Shown: positions 9,712-19,903 of the stretch, in pieces
Position numbering within the stretch: position 1 is the stretch's first letter
How the letters are laid out: each line of letters starts with the position of its first letter
Virus record (IMG/VR): IMGVR_UViG_3300014208_000024
Location: 256,001-320,000 of that record
Source of the DNA: a virus
Lineage: Duplodnaviria > Caudoviricetes
Reading direction: 5' to 3' (one strand)
DNA: 64,000 nt
The notes under the pieces: model-generated
Databases searched by the model: none
The model's input: only the letters and a program-made list of their open reading frames with translations
Told to the model about the DNA's origin: nothing
Position numbers and translations under genes: made by a program

Positions 9712-10185
9712 ATGAATACAATGAAAGAACAAGACAAAAGAATGTTAGAGATTGCCAAATCATTAGAGGAATCTCATGAAGTTTATAAAGACAACACTAA
9801 AAATGTTGATGAAAACAAAATTTTAGAAGAAAACGAAAGGCTTAAAAAGCTTATTTCTAAAGACACAAATTCAGATTTTAGAGAAATCCGTGAAAATTAT
9901 TATATAGCTGGTAAATTTGGAACTGGCGGAAGGGGCAAAACTGTGAATTCTATTTTAGATGACTATAAAGACAATCCAGCCGTAAAAACACCAAAAGTGT
10001 CTCCATCTAATCTTAAACCAGATGAAGTTCTTGAAGTGTGTATTAAAAGAGTTTTAAAATCTGGAACTCCAGTAAACAATATTACATTTTATGATGAGGT
10101 AAATTGGAATATGATGAACTTAGGTTTCCCAGCTGTAAATGAAATAGACATTAAACAATCCATCCTTTCAATGATAGGAGAATAA
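9712..10185 (+). CDS. Hypothetical protein
   Basis: 157 aa ORF in operon. Confidence 0.75.
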   Translation: MNTMKEQDKRMLEIAKSLEESHEVYKDNTKNVDENKILEENERLKKLISKDTNSDFREIRENYYIAGKFGTGGRGKTVNSILDDYKDNPAVKTPKVSPSNLKPDEVLEVCIKRVLKSGTPVNNITFYDEVNWNMMNLGFPAVNEIDIKQSILSMIGE

Positions 10186-10748
10186 TGAAGTCTTTTCTTA
10201 GAAAAATAATAAAGGAGCAAATTAATTTGCTGTTTGAATCATTTGAGATGAACAATAACAAAAGAAGTTATGTTCCAACCAACGAAGTTTCAAAAACAGC
10301 TCAAACAGCATTAGGGGCTATCAATATAGCTAAACAAAAAGGCATTCAATTATCAAGTATAGATGAAACAGGGAACCAGGGAAGTGGAAAATTAAAAGCA
10401 AGACAGCTTTCTCAAAAACAAAAACAAAGTTTTGTTGAGATGAAAAGGTTGAAATCTTTTTTTGAATCTAACGCTTCTAAAGTAGAAGAGGAAAGAAAAA
10501 AAATTGGAATAATTCAACAAAGAAGAGGTACTGTTGACGAAATGGTTAAATCTAATATGTTATTGGTGTGGAACTTACACGGGGGAGATGCGTGTAAAAA
10601 ATGGGTAACATCAAAATTGTCAGACGCACACGAACAGGGAAATAAGAAAAAAGATAGACTCCGCCAATCTGGTGGAGCTTACAAAAATAATGGAATGGGA
10701 GTTTTTCGTACTCAATATGATCCATCACAACAAAGAATTCATAGATAA
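10185..10748 (+). CDS. Hypothetical, possibly head-associated protein
   Basis: LRKIIKEQINLLFE tag; WNLHGGDACKKWV resembles a LWGGDAG..W motif recalled from phage head proteins. Confidence 0.7.
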   Translation: MKSFLRKIIKEQINLLFESFEMNNNKRSYVPTNEVSKTAQTALGAINIAKQKGIQLSSIDETGNQGSGKLKARQLSQKQKQSFVEMKRLKSFFESNASKVEEERKKIGIIQQRRGTVDEMVKSNMLLVWNLHGGDACKKWVTSKLSDAHEQGNKKKDRLRQSGGAYKNNGMGVFRTQYDPSQQRIHR

Positions 10749-10806
10749 TTTTGTTTTCTTATTTTTTTTTCTTATCTTTGTTTTTTAAACTTTAAAAATT
10801 ATAATT

Positions 10807-11379
10807 ATGAGTGAAAAAAACTATTCTGCTTTACAAAATGTTGTAACTCCAGAAATTGCAATCGAAATTAGAGAAAAAGATACTGTTTTTGCTGGAGGCG
10901 CTAAATTTATGGATGCTGATGATGAGCTTTTACAAATTACAAACTGGATAAGATTAAATGCAAATCATAATTCAGAAATTAAGCCTGAAAGAATTAAATA
11001 TCTATATACCACAACTATTAAAAAGGATGGTGGAAGATATGCTCTTGGAACACTGTCTTTAAGATCTGAGGTGGAAAAAATGGTTAATGATGATTTTGAT
11101 TATATCCTTTCTGTGCATTATAAATCATGGAAAGAATTAGATATAGAAAACAAAGTAATTCAGCTTGATAAAATCCTCTGTGGAGTTGATATTGACATTG
11201 ATAATAAAACTAAGAAAATGTCAGTAGATAGCAAAGAATATATAAGCAACTTAAGACATTATGGGCCAGAAAAAGTTCTTAATAGTTCAGAAATAGTTGA
11301 TATGTCTATAGACAGAATTATTGGACAAGAAAAAGAAGAAAGAAAAGTAAATAAAGAAAGAGGAAAAAGAAAAGAATAA
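10807..11379 (+). CDS. Phage metallopeptidase-like protein lacking HExxH
   Basis: IKYLY..G....R.......DFDYILSV....W.ELD..K..QLDKILCGV aligns with the family LDHELCH motif, with the His and Glu replaced. Confidence 0.5.
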   Translation: MSEKNYSALQNVVTPEIAIEIREKDTVFAGGAKFMDADDELLQITNWIRLNANHNSEIKPERIKYLYTTTIKKDGGRYALGTLSLRSEVEKMVNDDFDYILSVHYKSWKELDIENKVIQLDKILCGVDIDIDNKTKKMSVDSKEYISNLRHYGPEKVLNSSEIVDMSIDRIIGQEKEERKVNKERGKRKE

Positions 11380-11625
11380 ATGGAAGATACTAGAAAAAAA
11401 ATGTTATTAGCGGCTTTGTCTCAATGTGTAGCAGAAAAAGACAAAGCTGCTGCTAACATCTCCTTCATTCTGGAGCATGGTTGTATAGATATTTCAAATA
11501 ATATTGTAAATCTGAAAAAAGAATTTGATAATATTTCTCAAGCAGAATTGACAATTGAAGCAATTCAAATGTATTACGCAAAACATTTTCCATTACCAAA
11601 AGAAAAAGAGGAGGAAAACAAATGA
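11380..11625 (+). CDS. Hypothetical helical protein
   Basis: 81 aa ORF. Confidence 0.7.
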   Translation: MEDTRKKMLLAALSQCVAEKDKAAANISFILEHGCIDISNNIVNLKKEFDNISQAELTIEAIQMYYAKHFPLPKEKEEENK

Positions 11626-11855
11626 TAATAATTCTTAAAATTATACTATCACTTTTTTTAATTTTAGGGGGTTTTATAATAAAAACTCTTTATAAAGACT
11701 TTAAGTTAACTGAAAAAACAGAAGGATACGAAGATCTTATTATTGCAGATAAAATTAAAATGAAATCTATCCTATATTTTTCCATTATTGCAATATTTTC
11801 CTTTTGTTTACTCCTTTTATATTTCGTAATTGTTCCAATGAGTTTGGCATGGTAA
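11622..11855 (+). CDS. Small two-TM membrane protein
   Basis: Two hydrophobic segments. Confidence 0.7.
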   Translation: MIIILKIILSLFLILGGFIIKTLYKDFKLTEKTEGYEDLIIADKIKMKSILYFSIIAIFSFCLLLLYFVIVPMSLAW

Positions 11856-12151
11856 GTTTTAAGAAAATATGGAAACACTCACGATTAAGATTTTATATTT
11901 TAAATTCAATATGGAATTATAAATTTTGGCTGTTTTCAAAAAAGATGTACAAAACTGTGTCTTACCAAGTTGAAGATGGTAATTACGATATGAATTTTGA
12001 TTATACATTAAAAAGAAAAAAAAAGACTATATACAAAAAAAGATTCATTGGATATTTCTTTAATAACAATTTATATTTGGATAACCCAGGTTTTAAAATT
12101 GATGATCGAGAAACATGGGAAGCATGGAAAAAAAAGAAATTAGTTAAATAA
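11849..12151 (+). CDS. Hypothetical protein
   Basis: Likely start ATG 11849, overlapping the upstream stop. Confidence 0.6.
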   Translation: MVSFKKIWKHSRLRFYILNSIWNYKFWLFSKKMYKTVSYQVEDGNYDMNFDYTLKRKKKTIYKKRFIGYFFNNNLYLDNPGFKIDDRETWEAWKKKKLVK

Positions 12152-12233
12152 AGCTGTGGTGACACAGCTTTATTATTTTAAAATAAATGTGAAAAGGTTT
12201 TTTTTTAATATTTATAAAAAAATCTATTTGCAA

Positions 12234-14030
12234 ATGGAAAAGAAAGAATTATACCCAAAAGGAATTGTAAAACAAACAGATGAATTTGCTCTACGCCAAA
12301 AAATTAAAAAACTGGTGGGAGATAATGTTGAAGAAACAATTAAAGAAGCTACAATTGATGCTTTTAAAGAATTGGGATTTGAAGAAAAAGATGGCTACAT
12401 GTATGTTTTAGCAGCTGGAGGAAAAGATGGCGGAGAAAAAGAGGTTGGAAAAGGAACTGCAAACGGAAAATTAATTGTAACTGTCTCTGTTCCAAAAATG
12501 CTAAATATGGGTGCTGTAAAACCAGTGTCATATATGCAAAAAGTTTCCACTTTCGGTGGAAAAAAATTAGTTTCTGAAATTTATTTAGAAATTCAAGACG
12601 AAACTGTTCATGTGGAATATAAAAACACAGAAGCCGCAGCATTTCATCAATCTTCAGAAAAAGATTCATATTCTGCAAATAAACTAAATAAAAGAGGAAT
12701 TATATCTGGAACAGAAAATGAAAAAACATTCAAGAAAGAATTTAAAGAATTTTTTAAACCTATTGCCGAAGCAGAGGCAAGATATTTAATAGGAACAAAA
12801 ATAGCAAACGACGATAAAGTAGAAAAAAACATGAACGATTCAATTGTAAAAGAAAACAAATATAGTATGAAATTAACAAACATTTTGTCAAGCTCTTATG
12901 AAGATGCTGGCAACCAAATTGAAAAAACCTTAAAGGAATATTTTTTCTTCCCCCCAGAAGACGATAAAGAAAAAGATGCCGACAAAGAAAAAAAGGGTGA
13001 AAAGGGAGAAGAAGAAAGTGGGTCTAAAACTCCAGAAACTTCAACTGGTAAACCAACTGATAAAAAGTTAGTTATTGGAAGTGAAGAAAAAATAGAAGAA
13101 AACGAAAAATCTTTAGAAGAAATCACTGCAACGTTAGCGGCCCCAGCTGGTCCAACCCAAGCTAGTGGAACGAGTGAAACTCCAAACAAAGACTCTGCTG
13201 GTGTTGGATTTGCAAAAAAATTCGGATGGGGAGAGCATAAAGATGATGCAAGCAAAAAACTTGGTTATGAAAAAGTTCAAATGGACGAAGCTGTAAAAAA
13301 TACAACTTATGGAATTATGAGAACTGCTAGGCCACACTTACAAAGACAAGAAGATGGAAGTTATAAATTAATAACAGAATCTCAAACTCCTAAAACCCCA
13401 TATTCAGATGTTGTTCCAATGGGTAAAGATGGATGGCCACCAAAAGGTATGGAAAGTAATTTTGCATTAGGAAAACATGGAGTTAGAGTTAATAGTCCAG
13501 AAGAACTAAAAGAAACTGGACATGGAGAACTAAGTAAATTAGAAAAAGAAACCGAAGAAAAAAAGAAAAAAGAAGAGGAAAACAAAAAAGTTGAAGAAAA
13601 CTATAAAAAGAAACTTGACTTAACAAAAAGAAAATTTACTACACTATCTGAAAACGAAGAAAGTGGAATAAACAAAAGGTATATTATCACAGAAAAACTT
13701 TCAAAAGAAGATCAATCAAAAAGATGGAAAGAGTTGTATGAAAACGATTGTTTTTGTAAAATAAAAGACCAAACAAACACGATTTCAAGAGAAGATTATG
13801 ACAAGAAAGCAAATAAAGAATTTGAAGCAAATAATCCTCCAATGGAGTCAAATTTGTGTAACACTCAATTTTCTGGAGAAGAACCTGGATTTGTAGATGT
13901 TCCAAAAGCAAAAGGAAGTATGATAGTTTTTAGAATTTCTGAATCAGACATTAAACAAAATAAAATATATTTAATTGATCATTTTACAAAAAAACTGGTT
14001 TCTAATCCATTATATAAATCAGGAGAATAA
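12234..14030 (+). CDS. Large hypothetical, probably virion-associated protein
   Basis: TATTTATA at 12209; many I/L-x-E motifs (IKE, LKE, ITE, LSE). Confidence 0.75.
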   Translation: MEKKELYPKGIVKQTDEFALRQKIKKLVGDNVEETIKEATIDAFKELGFEEKDGYMYVLAAGGKDGGEKEVGKGTANGKLIVTVSVPKMLNMGAVKPVSYMQKVSTFGGKKLVSEIYLEIQDETVHVEYKNTEAAAFHQSSEKDSYSANKLNKRGIISGTENEKTFKKEFKEFFKPIAEAEARYLIGTKIANDDKVEKNMNDSIVKENKYSMKLTNILSSSYEDAGNQIEKTLKEYFFFPPEDDKEKDADKEKKGEKGEEESGSKTPETSTGKPTDKKLVIGSEEKIEENEKSLEEITATLAAPAGPTQASGTSETPNKDSAGVGFAKKFGWGEHKDDASKKLGYEKVQMDEAVKNTTYGIMRTARPHLQRQEDGSYKLITESQTPKTPYSDVVPMGKDGWPPKGMESNFALGKHGVRVNSPEELKETGHGELSKLEKETEEKKKKEEENKKVEENYKKKLDLTKRKFTTLSENEESGINKRYIITEKLSKEDQSKRWKELYENDCFCKIKDQTNTISREDYDKKANKEFEANNPPMESNLCNTQFSGEEPGFVDVPKAKGSMIVFRISESDIKQNKIYLIDHFTKKLVSNPLYKSGE

Positions 14031-14055
14031 TTAAAAAAACATAAAAAAAATAAAG

Positions 14056-14084
14056 AATCCATCAATTTTGATGGATTTTTTTTT
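14056..14084 (+). terminator. Intrinsic terminator
   Basis: AATCCATCA-attt-TGATGGATT plus T tract. Confidence 0.75.
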
Positions 14085-14127
14085 GATTTTAATATTTATA
14101 GTTATTATATTTAAAAAAAAACATATT

Positions 14128-14655
14128 ATGAATCCAACAAAAGATATTAAAGTAACATTTTTAGAAGAATCAAAACGTGGTGAATTAGAAAAAATCAGAG
14201 TATTTTTCAAAGACATCTTTAACAATGACATTCAAATAGATTTACGTCCAGGTGAAATAGTTTACTCACAAACGAATCATCTTTCTAATTCTTTGAAAAT
14301 ATACTCTAGAAAAGGATTAATAATGGTTGACACAGAAGATAAACCAAGTTTTTTAAAATATTATGTTGGATATAAACAAGAAGAAATCGACAACAAAAGT
14401 TTCCTTTCCAACTTAAAAGATTCTTTAAAAACTCCAAGAGAAATTGAATCGTCTATTACAAACATTGAAATACATGAATCAAAAATTATTGAATGTGAAG
14501 ATGTTAAAACCGTTGTTGATAAAGCAATAGAAAATGTTTCAAAATATTCTCTACAGGAAGTTTCTGATATAAAAAAGAAAAGTAAAAACAAAAAAGGACC
14601 AGGAAGACCAAAAAAAAGAGGTCCAAAAAAAGGAACCAAAAGAAAAAAACAATAA
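14128..14655 (+). CDS. Hypothetical protein with C-terminal AT-hook-like basic tail
   Basis: KKGPGRPKKRGPKKG. Confidence 0.7.
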   Translation: MNPTKDIKVTFLEESKRGELEKIRVFFKDIFNNDIQIDLRPGEIVYSQTNHLSNSLKIYSRKGLIMVDTEDKPSFLKYYVGYKQEEIDNKSFLSNLKDSLKTPREIESSITNIEIHESKIIECEDVKTVVDKAIENVSKYSLQEVSDIKKKSKNKKGPGRPKKRGPKKGTKRKKQ

Positions 14656-14661
14656 CACAAT

Positions 14662-14922
14662 ATGGTTATAAAAAGTTTTAAAATAAAAAGGAGAGACTTT
14701 GAAAAAAAACCCATTACTATATTTCAGCATAAATTAAGGGTTTTAATGAAGTGTTATACAATTAAAGATCTTATTCTTGATGAAATAAATTTTACCATAA
14801 CATTCAAAAAGAATCATAAAATAAATGGGTTAAAAATGCAAGACCCAAAACAATACACTGGAAAGTATGAAGTTTTAAATTCAGAAGTTCCAGGTGAAAT
14901 TATTCTTAAATTAATGATATAA
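14662..14922 (+). CDS. Hypothetical protein
   Basis: 86 aa ORF. Confidence 0.6.
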   Translation: MVIKSFKIKRRDFEKKPITIFQHKLRVLMKCYTIKDLILDEINFTITFKKNHKINGLKMQDPKQYTGKYEVLNSEVPGEIILKLMI

Positions 14923-15698
14923 TGAACTCTTTAGGATTAACCAAAAGAGAGCTACACATAAAATCCATTTTTCTTCCAGAAAATAAAAGTGTCAAAAAAG
15001 AATATTTGTCAGAAGAAAAAGTTAATGAGATTATAAAATCCATATCTAACATTGGAGAAAGATATGGATTTGTAGGTGATAAAATAAATCAAGATTTCGA
15101 AAAATCATCTAAAAGAAAACATAAATATGACGTATGGATTGCAAAAGAAATCAAAAAGAATGTTGAGTTATTAAACAATTTTAATAATATCAGATTCATT
15201 TTAGATTGGGCAATTCAAACAAAGGCTGACATATTTACATATTCATTTGAAGAAGCTTTTCTTGAACAAGAAGTATGGCATAAAGAAATGTTTGAAAAAT
15301 ACAACATTGAAGATATTAAAATTCCAGAATTGGACAAAAACAGAATTCTCTTTAGGAGTTCAGATAAAAATCATTTTATATATTTATTAGACTCTGATGA
15401 TTTAAAATATGAAGGTGAAAAAATGGGCATGTGTGTAGGACAACAAATATACAAAAACAAAATAAAAAACGAAAGGTCTATAATAATCTCACTAAGAGAT
15501 GGAAAAAATCAACCACATGTAACTACAGAAATAGATGTTAAAAGCGGAAATATTATTCAACAAAGCGGTAAGGGGAATAGTGAGCCAACAAAAGAATATA
15601 AAAAAATAATGTTGGAATTTGTGTTGTTTGCTACAAATTACGCAAATTTAATCAATAATGAAACAATACGTCTTCTTAATTTAGGTCAAACTCTTTAA
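14922..15698 (+). CDS. PcfJ-like domain protein
   Basis: LKYEGEKMGMCVG..IISLRDGKNQPHVTTEI..IIQQSGKGNSEP. Confidence 0.75.
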   Translation: MNSLGLTKRELHIKSIFLPENKSVKKEYLSEEKVNEIIKSISNIGERYGFVGDKINQDFEKSSKRKHKYDVWIAKEIKKNVELLNNFNNIRFILDWAIQTKADIFTYSFEEAFLEQEVWHKEMFEKYNIEDIKIPELDKNRILFRSSDKNHFIYLLDSDDLKYEGEKMGMCVGQQIYKNKIKNERSIIISLRDGKNQPHVTTEIDVKSGNIIQQSGKGNSEPTKEYKKIMLEFVLFATNYANLINNETIRLLNLGQTL

Positions 15699-15736
15699 AA
15701 TAATATTTTCCTGCCATATTTATAAACAAAAATTAT

Positions 15737-16528
15737 ATGTTAAAAAAAATATTAGATAACTTACAGACTATAATCATAGTGGGTGGAGTAATTTTTTTAC
15801 TTCTTTTTTTGCAACAATGCAATCAAACAAGAAAAATAAAAAACGAATTAAAACGTCAAGAACAAATAGCTAATCAAAACTATGCTGCATTAAATGATTC
15901 GATAAAAATTTATAAAAACAAAGCTGGAAAAACATCTTATAGTAAACCAATAGCAGATATGTCGGTTGAAGAAGTTGAAAAATATTTTCCAGAACTTTAT
16001 GAAAGATTAAAAAATGAATTAGGTGTCGTTAAAATAATATGGAGAACGAGAATTGAATATAGAGACACTGGCTCTGTAAAAAATGCAATTATTAAACTTG
16101 ATAGTAATAAATACGCCTTGAATTATGATTATTATTCACAGGACAGCTCATTGAACATTAATACTACAAATACTTTTTTTGCAAATGTTAAACTTACAAA
16201 TGAAAATATTAATCAATATTCTGTTTCTGTACAGCCAGGAATTTCTACTATAAACAATATAAGTTTAAAACTTGGATTTACTACTGGAATTAAAAAAGAA
16301 GATAATTTGTATAAAATATTTATCTGTCCAGACAATAAAAACGTAACTGTGGGTCAAATAGAGGGCGCAGACGTATCTAATATGATTAATCCACAAATAC
16401 CCCCATCCAAGAATAAAAAATGGTCTGTAGGACCTTATATTGGGTTTGGAATGAGTTTCGGTAAAGGAATCTATCAAATTGGCCCAGGAGTTGGCGTAAG
16501 TATACAATATTCCTTGATTAAATTCTAG
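15737..16528 (+). CDS. Membrane-anchored protein with C-terminal beta-hairpin (possible lysis/spanin-like)
   Basis: N-terminal TM IIIVGGVIFLLLFLQQC, coiled coil, C-terminal WSVGPYIGFG..GVGVSIQYSLIKF. Confidence 0.55.
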   Translation: MLKKILDNLQTIIIVGGVIFLLLFLQQCNQTRKIKNELKRQEQIANQNYAALNDSIKIYKNKAGKTSYSKPIADMSVEEVEKYFPELYERLKNELGVVKIIWRTRIEYRDTGSVKNAIIKLDSNKYALNYDYYSQDSSLNINTTNTFFANVKLTNENINQYSVSVQPGISTINNISLKLGFTTGIKKEDNLYKIFICPDNKNVTVGQIEGADVSNMINPQIPPSKNKKWSVGPYIGFGMSFGKGIYQIGPGVGVSIQYSLIKF

Positions 16529-16562
16529 GAATTTCAAAATATTTATAAAAAACAATAATGTT

Positions 16563-17123
16563 ATGGACACAAATGAAAAAAGCAAAGGCTACGCCGAGAA
16601 ATTAGTTAAATTGTTGGCTAAAAAAATGGATTTAGATGTTTCTAAATATGATATGAAACAACTTGTTCAAGGAATGTTGGTTGAATTGGAACATGGTTCA
16701 AATAATGAAAAAACAAATATCACTAATGACGATCCAGAACAGACTCTTAAGATAGTATTAGCACATTTAGATGAAATTCCAGATTATTATACAAGGCTAA
16801 AAAAAATGGAAGATGAGGCAAGTTCTGTAAAAACAGACAAACAAAACGAAGACTCTGATGAATTAGAAGAAAAAGAAGAAAAAGAAATAACAGTGGAAAA
16901 CTCCTCAAAAAGATTTAAAGAACTTTGTGGAATAGTTGAAAATTCAGAAAAAAAACAACTAAAAAATCCACTGTATCAAGAAAAAAACAAAAAGGTTCTT
17001 TTGAAAGAAGAAATAGATCCAAAAAAATTTGACATTGTTAAATTTAGTAACGATGGGCTTGGAGATAAAGAGTCGGAAGATGAAAAAGATTTATATAAAA
17101 TGATAAAAAAAGTAAAAAAGTAA
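16563..17123 (+). CDS. DUF5661-like protein
   Basis: QGMLVELEHG..TLKIVLAHLDEIPDYYTRLKKME. Confidence 0.8.
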   Translation: MDTNEKSKGYAEKLVKLLAKKMDLDVSKYDMKQLVQGMLVELEHGSNNEKTNITNDDPEQTLKIVLAHLDEIPDYYTRLKKMEDEASSVKTDKQNEDSDELEEKEEKEITVENSSKRFKELCGIVENSEKKQLKNPLYQEKNKKVLLKEEIDPKKFDIVKFSNDGLGDKESEDEKDLYKMIKKVKK

Positions 17124-17127
17124 AAAA

Positions 17128-17151
17128 TGGGAGTTAAACACTCCCGTTTTT
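17128..17151. terminator. Terminator between convergent genes
   Basis: GGGAGT-taaac-ACTCCC plus T tract. Confidence 0.65.
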
Positions 17152-17410
17152 ATTTTTTTCCAAAAAGTTTGTCAATGATTCCTGTTTTTTTTGGTTGTCC
17201 AGGTAAAATTTTTTCTTTAACTTTTGCACCACTTAATTTACTAAATGTCGTAGATATTATATCAGAAACAATATCATGAGACAAAACTTTTAACATAATA
17301 GCTTTTTCTTCGTTTGTAGCGTCCTGATTGTTCCAAATGGCAATTTTATTATGAACTCTAATTATTAATTTGTCCATATCTATTTCTACTTCCTTTTTAT
17401 TTTCTTCCAT
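17150..17410 (-). CDS. Hypothetical protein
   Basis: 86 aa ORF. Confidence 0.65.
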   Translation of the reverse strand: MEENKKEVEIDMDKLIIRVHNKIAIWNNQDATNEEKAIMLKVLSHDIVSDIISTTFSKLSGAKVKEKILPGQPKKTGIIDKLFGKK

Positions 17411-17460
17411 ATTGATTTTTTTATTTAAATAGTATATATTTTTGTATTATTACAAATATA

Positions 17461-18366
17461 ATGAATAAAATAGAAAAAACAAATATTATTTTACAATCTA
17501 TTATGGCAAAAATCATATCTTTTGATTGGGAGCAATTAAAAGAAAACGAGATTCACCATCTTCTTAAATTTGTAGATTACGAAAAAATACCAGAAAGAGT
17601 TTTAACAGATATATCTCAAACATTCAATGAAGAAATATATTCAAAAATCATATGGGAAAATATGGATAGAATGAAAATAGTGAGATTGGTAGCAAGAAAT
17701 GAAAAAATATCAAAATACGTTGATCTTTCTAAATATAATTACACGATAAAAGAAATTAAACAAACGCTTAAAATTAGACCAAATTTAATTGATAAATTTA
17801 AAATTGACTTCGAAAATTTAAATCTTGACGATGCTTTTTCTTTTTTAACAATTGGAATCGAAGATTTATTAGAAAAAATAGATGTTACAAAATATTTTTT
17901 TTCTCCCAAAGAAACGTATGAAATAATAGAATCTAATGGCTTTTCAGAAAAAACAATTACTACTTTAAATACAAAAGATTTGATGGATTACCATATATGT
18001 GATATAATTATTAACACTGGGGATTTATATTTTTACATATTGGATTTAAAAAAACTCACAGCGAGGAAATGGTTGAAAATATTAATAGAAAGACCAAATC
18101 TTTTATATTATTGTGATCTGGAAAAATTTAAAAAAAGTGATATATATAACAGCGTTGAACTTGTCTGTTTATTTCCAAATGAAGATTTAGATTATCTAAT
18201 TAAAGAACGAGATTTTAGAAGCGAACTATCAGCGCTTGGATGGGAAAAATTAATAATAAACAAACCAAGTGAATATGTAGATTTGTGCTGTTATTGGAAA
18301 TTTAACGAAACCAATTGGAAAAATATAATAAGATATCATCCAAATTTAGCAATTTATAAACTTTAA
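17461..18366 (+). CDS. Hypothetical helical-repeat protein
   Basis: Recurring W..I(L/I)..(R/H)PNL units. Confidence 0.7.
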   Translation: MNKIEKTNIILQSIMAKIISFDWEQLKENEIHHLLKFVDYEKIPERVLTDISQTFNEEIYSKIIWENMDRMKIVRLVARNEKISKYVDLSKYNYTIKEIKQTLKIRPNLIDKFKIDFENLNLDDAFSFLTIGIEDLLEKIDVTKYFFSPKETYEIIESNGFSEKTITTLNTKDLMDYHICDIIINTGDLYFYILDLKKLTARKWLKILIERPNLLYYCDLEKFKKSDIYNSVELVCLFPNEDLDYLIKERDFRSELSALGWEKLIINKPSEYVDLCCYWKFNETNWKNIIRYHPNLAIYKL

Positions 18367-18368
18367 GT

Positions 18369-18632
18369 TTATAATTGTTTTCCAAGAGTTTTTTTAACGC
18401 TATTTAATGACGATATAAGCTCATCTATTTTTTTAATAGTGCCCTCTTTATCGGGATTTTCTTTTGTAGATTCAAATTCATTCTTTAAATCAACGAGTTT
18501 AACATATGCGTCCCTTTTAATTTCTTCAAACCCCTTTTTTTGTTTTAAGGTGTCAATGTCTTTTAACGAATCAGAGTTTAAAAGCATTTCTCTAATCTGT
18601 TTTCTTAGTTTTTTTATTTCGTCCAATTCCAT
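18369..18632 (-). CDS. Hypothetical protein, probably late
   Basis: TATTTATA at 18651-18658 (minus strand); IKKLRKQIREML. Confidence 0.7.
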   Translation of the reverse strand: MELDEIKKLRKQIREMLLNSDSLKDIDTLKQKKGFEEIKRDAYVKLVDLKNEFESTKENPDKEGTIKKIDELISSLNSVKKTLGKQL

Positions 18633-18745
18633 ATAAATTGTTTTCTTTTATATAAATATCATTAAAAACTATTTTTTTTAAAAATTGTTTTTTTTATATT
18701 TTACAAAAGACTAAAAAATAAATAATATTTATTAGAATAAAACAA

Positions 18746-19852
18746 ATGGTAATGAACTATATAAACTTAGATTTTTGTATAATTGAAAACCCTTTAGATA
18801 AAAACAAGAAACCTATTATTTTTGTAACAAGAAAGGGAAGGCAATATTTAGATGAAACAGTAATTAATGAAGATGATTACGAAAAAGCTATTTTTGCAAT
18901 TCAAAACATAGGTTATGTAGAATCTGATATATTAACTTTTGAATCATCTCAAGATCCAGAGTTTCCAAATATTCAAGTTGGTGATATTAAAAAAATATTA
19001 GAAGAAAAAGGAATGAAATATAGCCAAGAGCTGGAAGAAACAATGAAAAGTGAATTTGAGTTGTTTAATTTAAATGGAGCTAAACAACTTATAGAAAATT
19101 TGGCAAATGAAGTGGATTATAAAAAAAGAGAACATTCTTTGTCTCCTGAGTTTTTTTTTACTTTACAAAAAAACAGTATTTATAAAATTCCAGAAATTGG
19201 AGAAAAACTTACTTTATATTTTTACTTGTTTATAGAATGTAAATTCTCTGGAGAAAAGTGTTTTTTAAACTTAAATGGAGATTTTGTTTCTAGGACAAAT
19301 CATGCATTAAGAAATTTTCTTATGCCATTCGAATGTGATTTTATAAGAATTAACAACATTTACAACCCAAACAAAATAATTCTAAAAAGCTGTTTAACAA
19401 ACCAAGATATTTTAAAAAAAATACCAATGGATTATAGTGGATCTTTTAATTTAAAAATAAAAGAAAAAAATATATTGTTTGATAAATTATTTGTTTACTA
19501 TATAATGGAAGTAAAAAACAATTTTCCATTAGAAAACAGAATAACAATAGAAATAGACAGTGTTGTTAATTTTGACCAAATGATTAAAATGTCAAAAAAT
19601 ATAAAAAAAGACTTCAAAGCAATGCTAAATTCAAAAGTTTCAATTACAAATCTGGAAGAAACACTTGAAAAAGTAAAAAACATTTTGACACCAAAAATGC
19701 TTTCGTTTGCACAAGATGATGAATTTGAAAAGGCTGCAAAAATTAAAAAAGATATTGTATACATAGATAGTAGATTAGAAAAAATAAAAGAAAATTTTAA
19801 AACTGAAAACATATCTTATTATCAATATATTAAAAACTTTCATATAAATTAA
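18746..19852 (+). CDS. Hypothetical protein with C-terminal UvrB/UvrC coiled-coil motif
   Basis: MLSFAQDDEFEKAAKIKKDI. Confidence 0.65.
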   Translation: MVMNYINLDFCIIENPLDKNKKPIIFVTRKGRQYLDETVINEDDYEKAIFAIQNIGYVESDILTFESSQDPEFPNIQVGDIKKILEEKGMKYSQELEETMKSEFELFNLNGAKQLIENLANEVDYKKREHSLSPEFFFTLQKNSIYKIPEIGEKLTLYFYLFIECKFSGEKCFLNLNGDFVSRTNHALRNFLMPFECDFIRINNIYNPNKIILKSCLTNQDILKKIPMDYSGSFNLKIKEKNILFDKLFVYYIMEVKNNFPLENRITIEIDSVVNFDQMIKMSKNIKKDFKAMLNSKVSITNLEETLEKVKNILTPKMLSFAQDDEFEKAAKIKKDIVYIDSRLEKIKENFKTENISYYQYIKNFHIN

Positions 19853-19903
19853 TTTGAATATCTAATATTTTTTTATTATATTTGCTTTTTAAAACTTAAA
19901 ACA

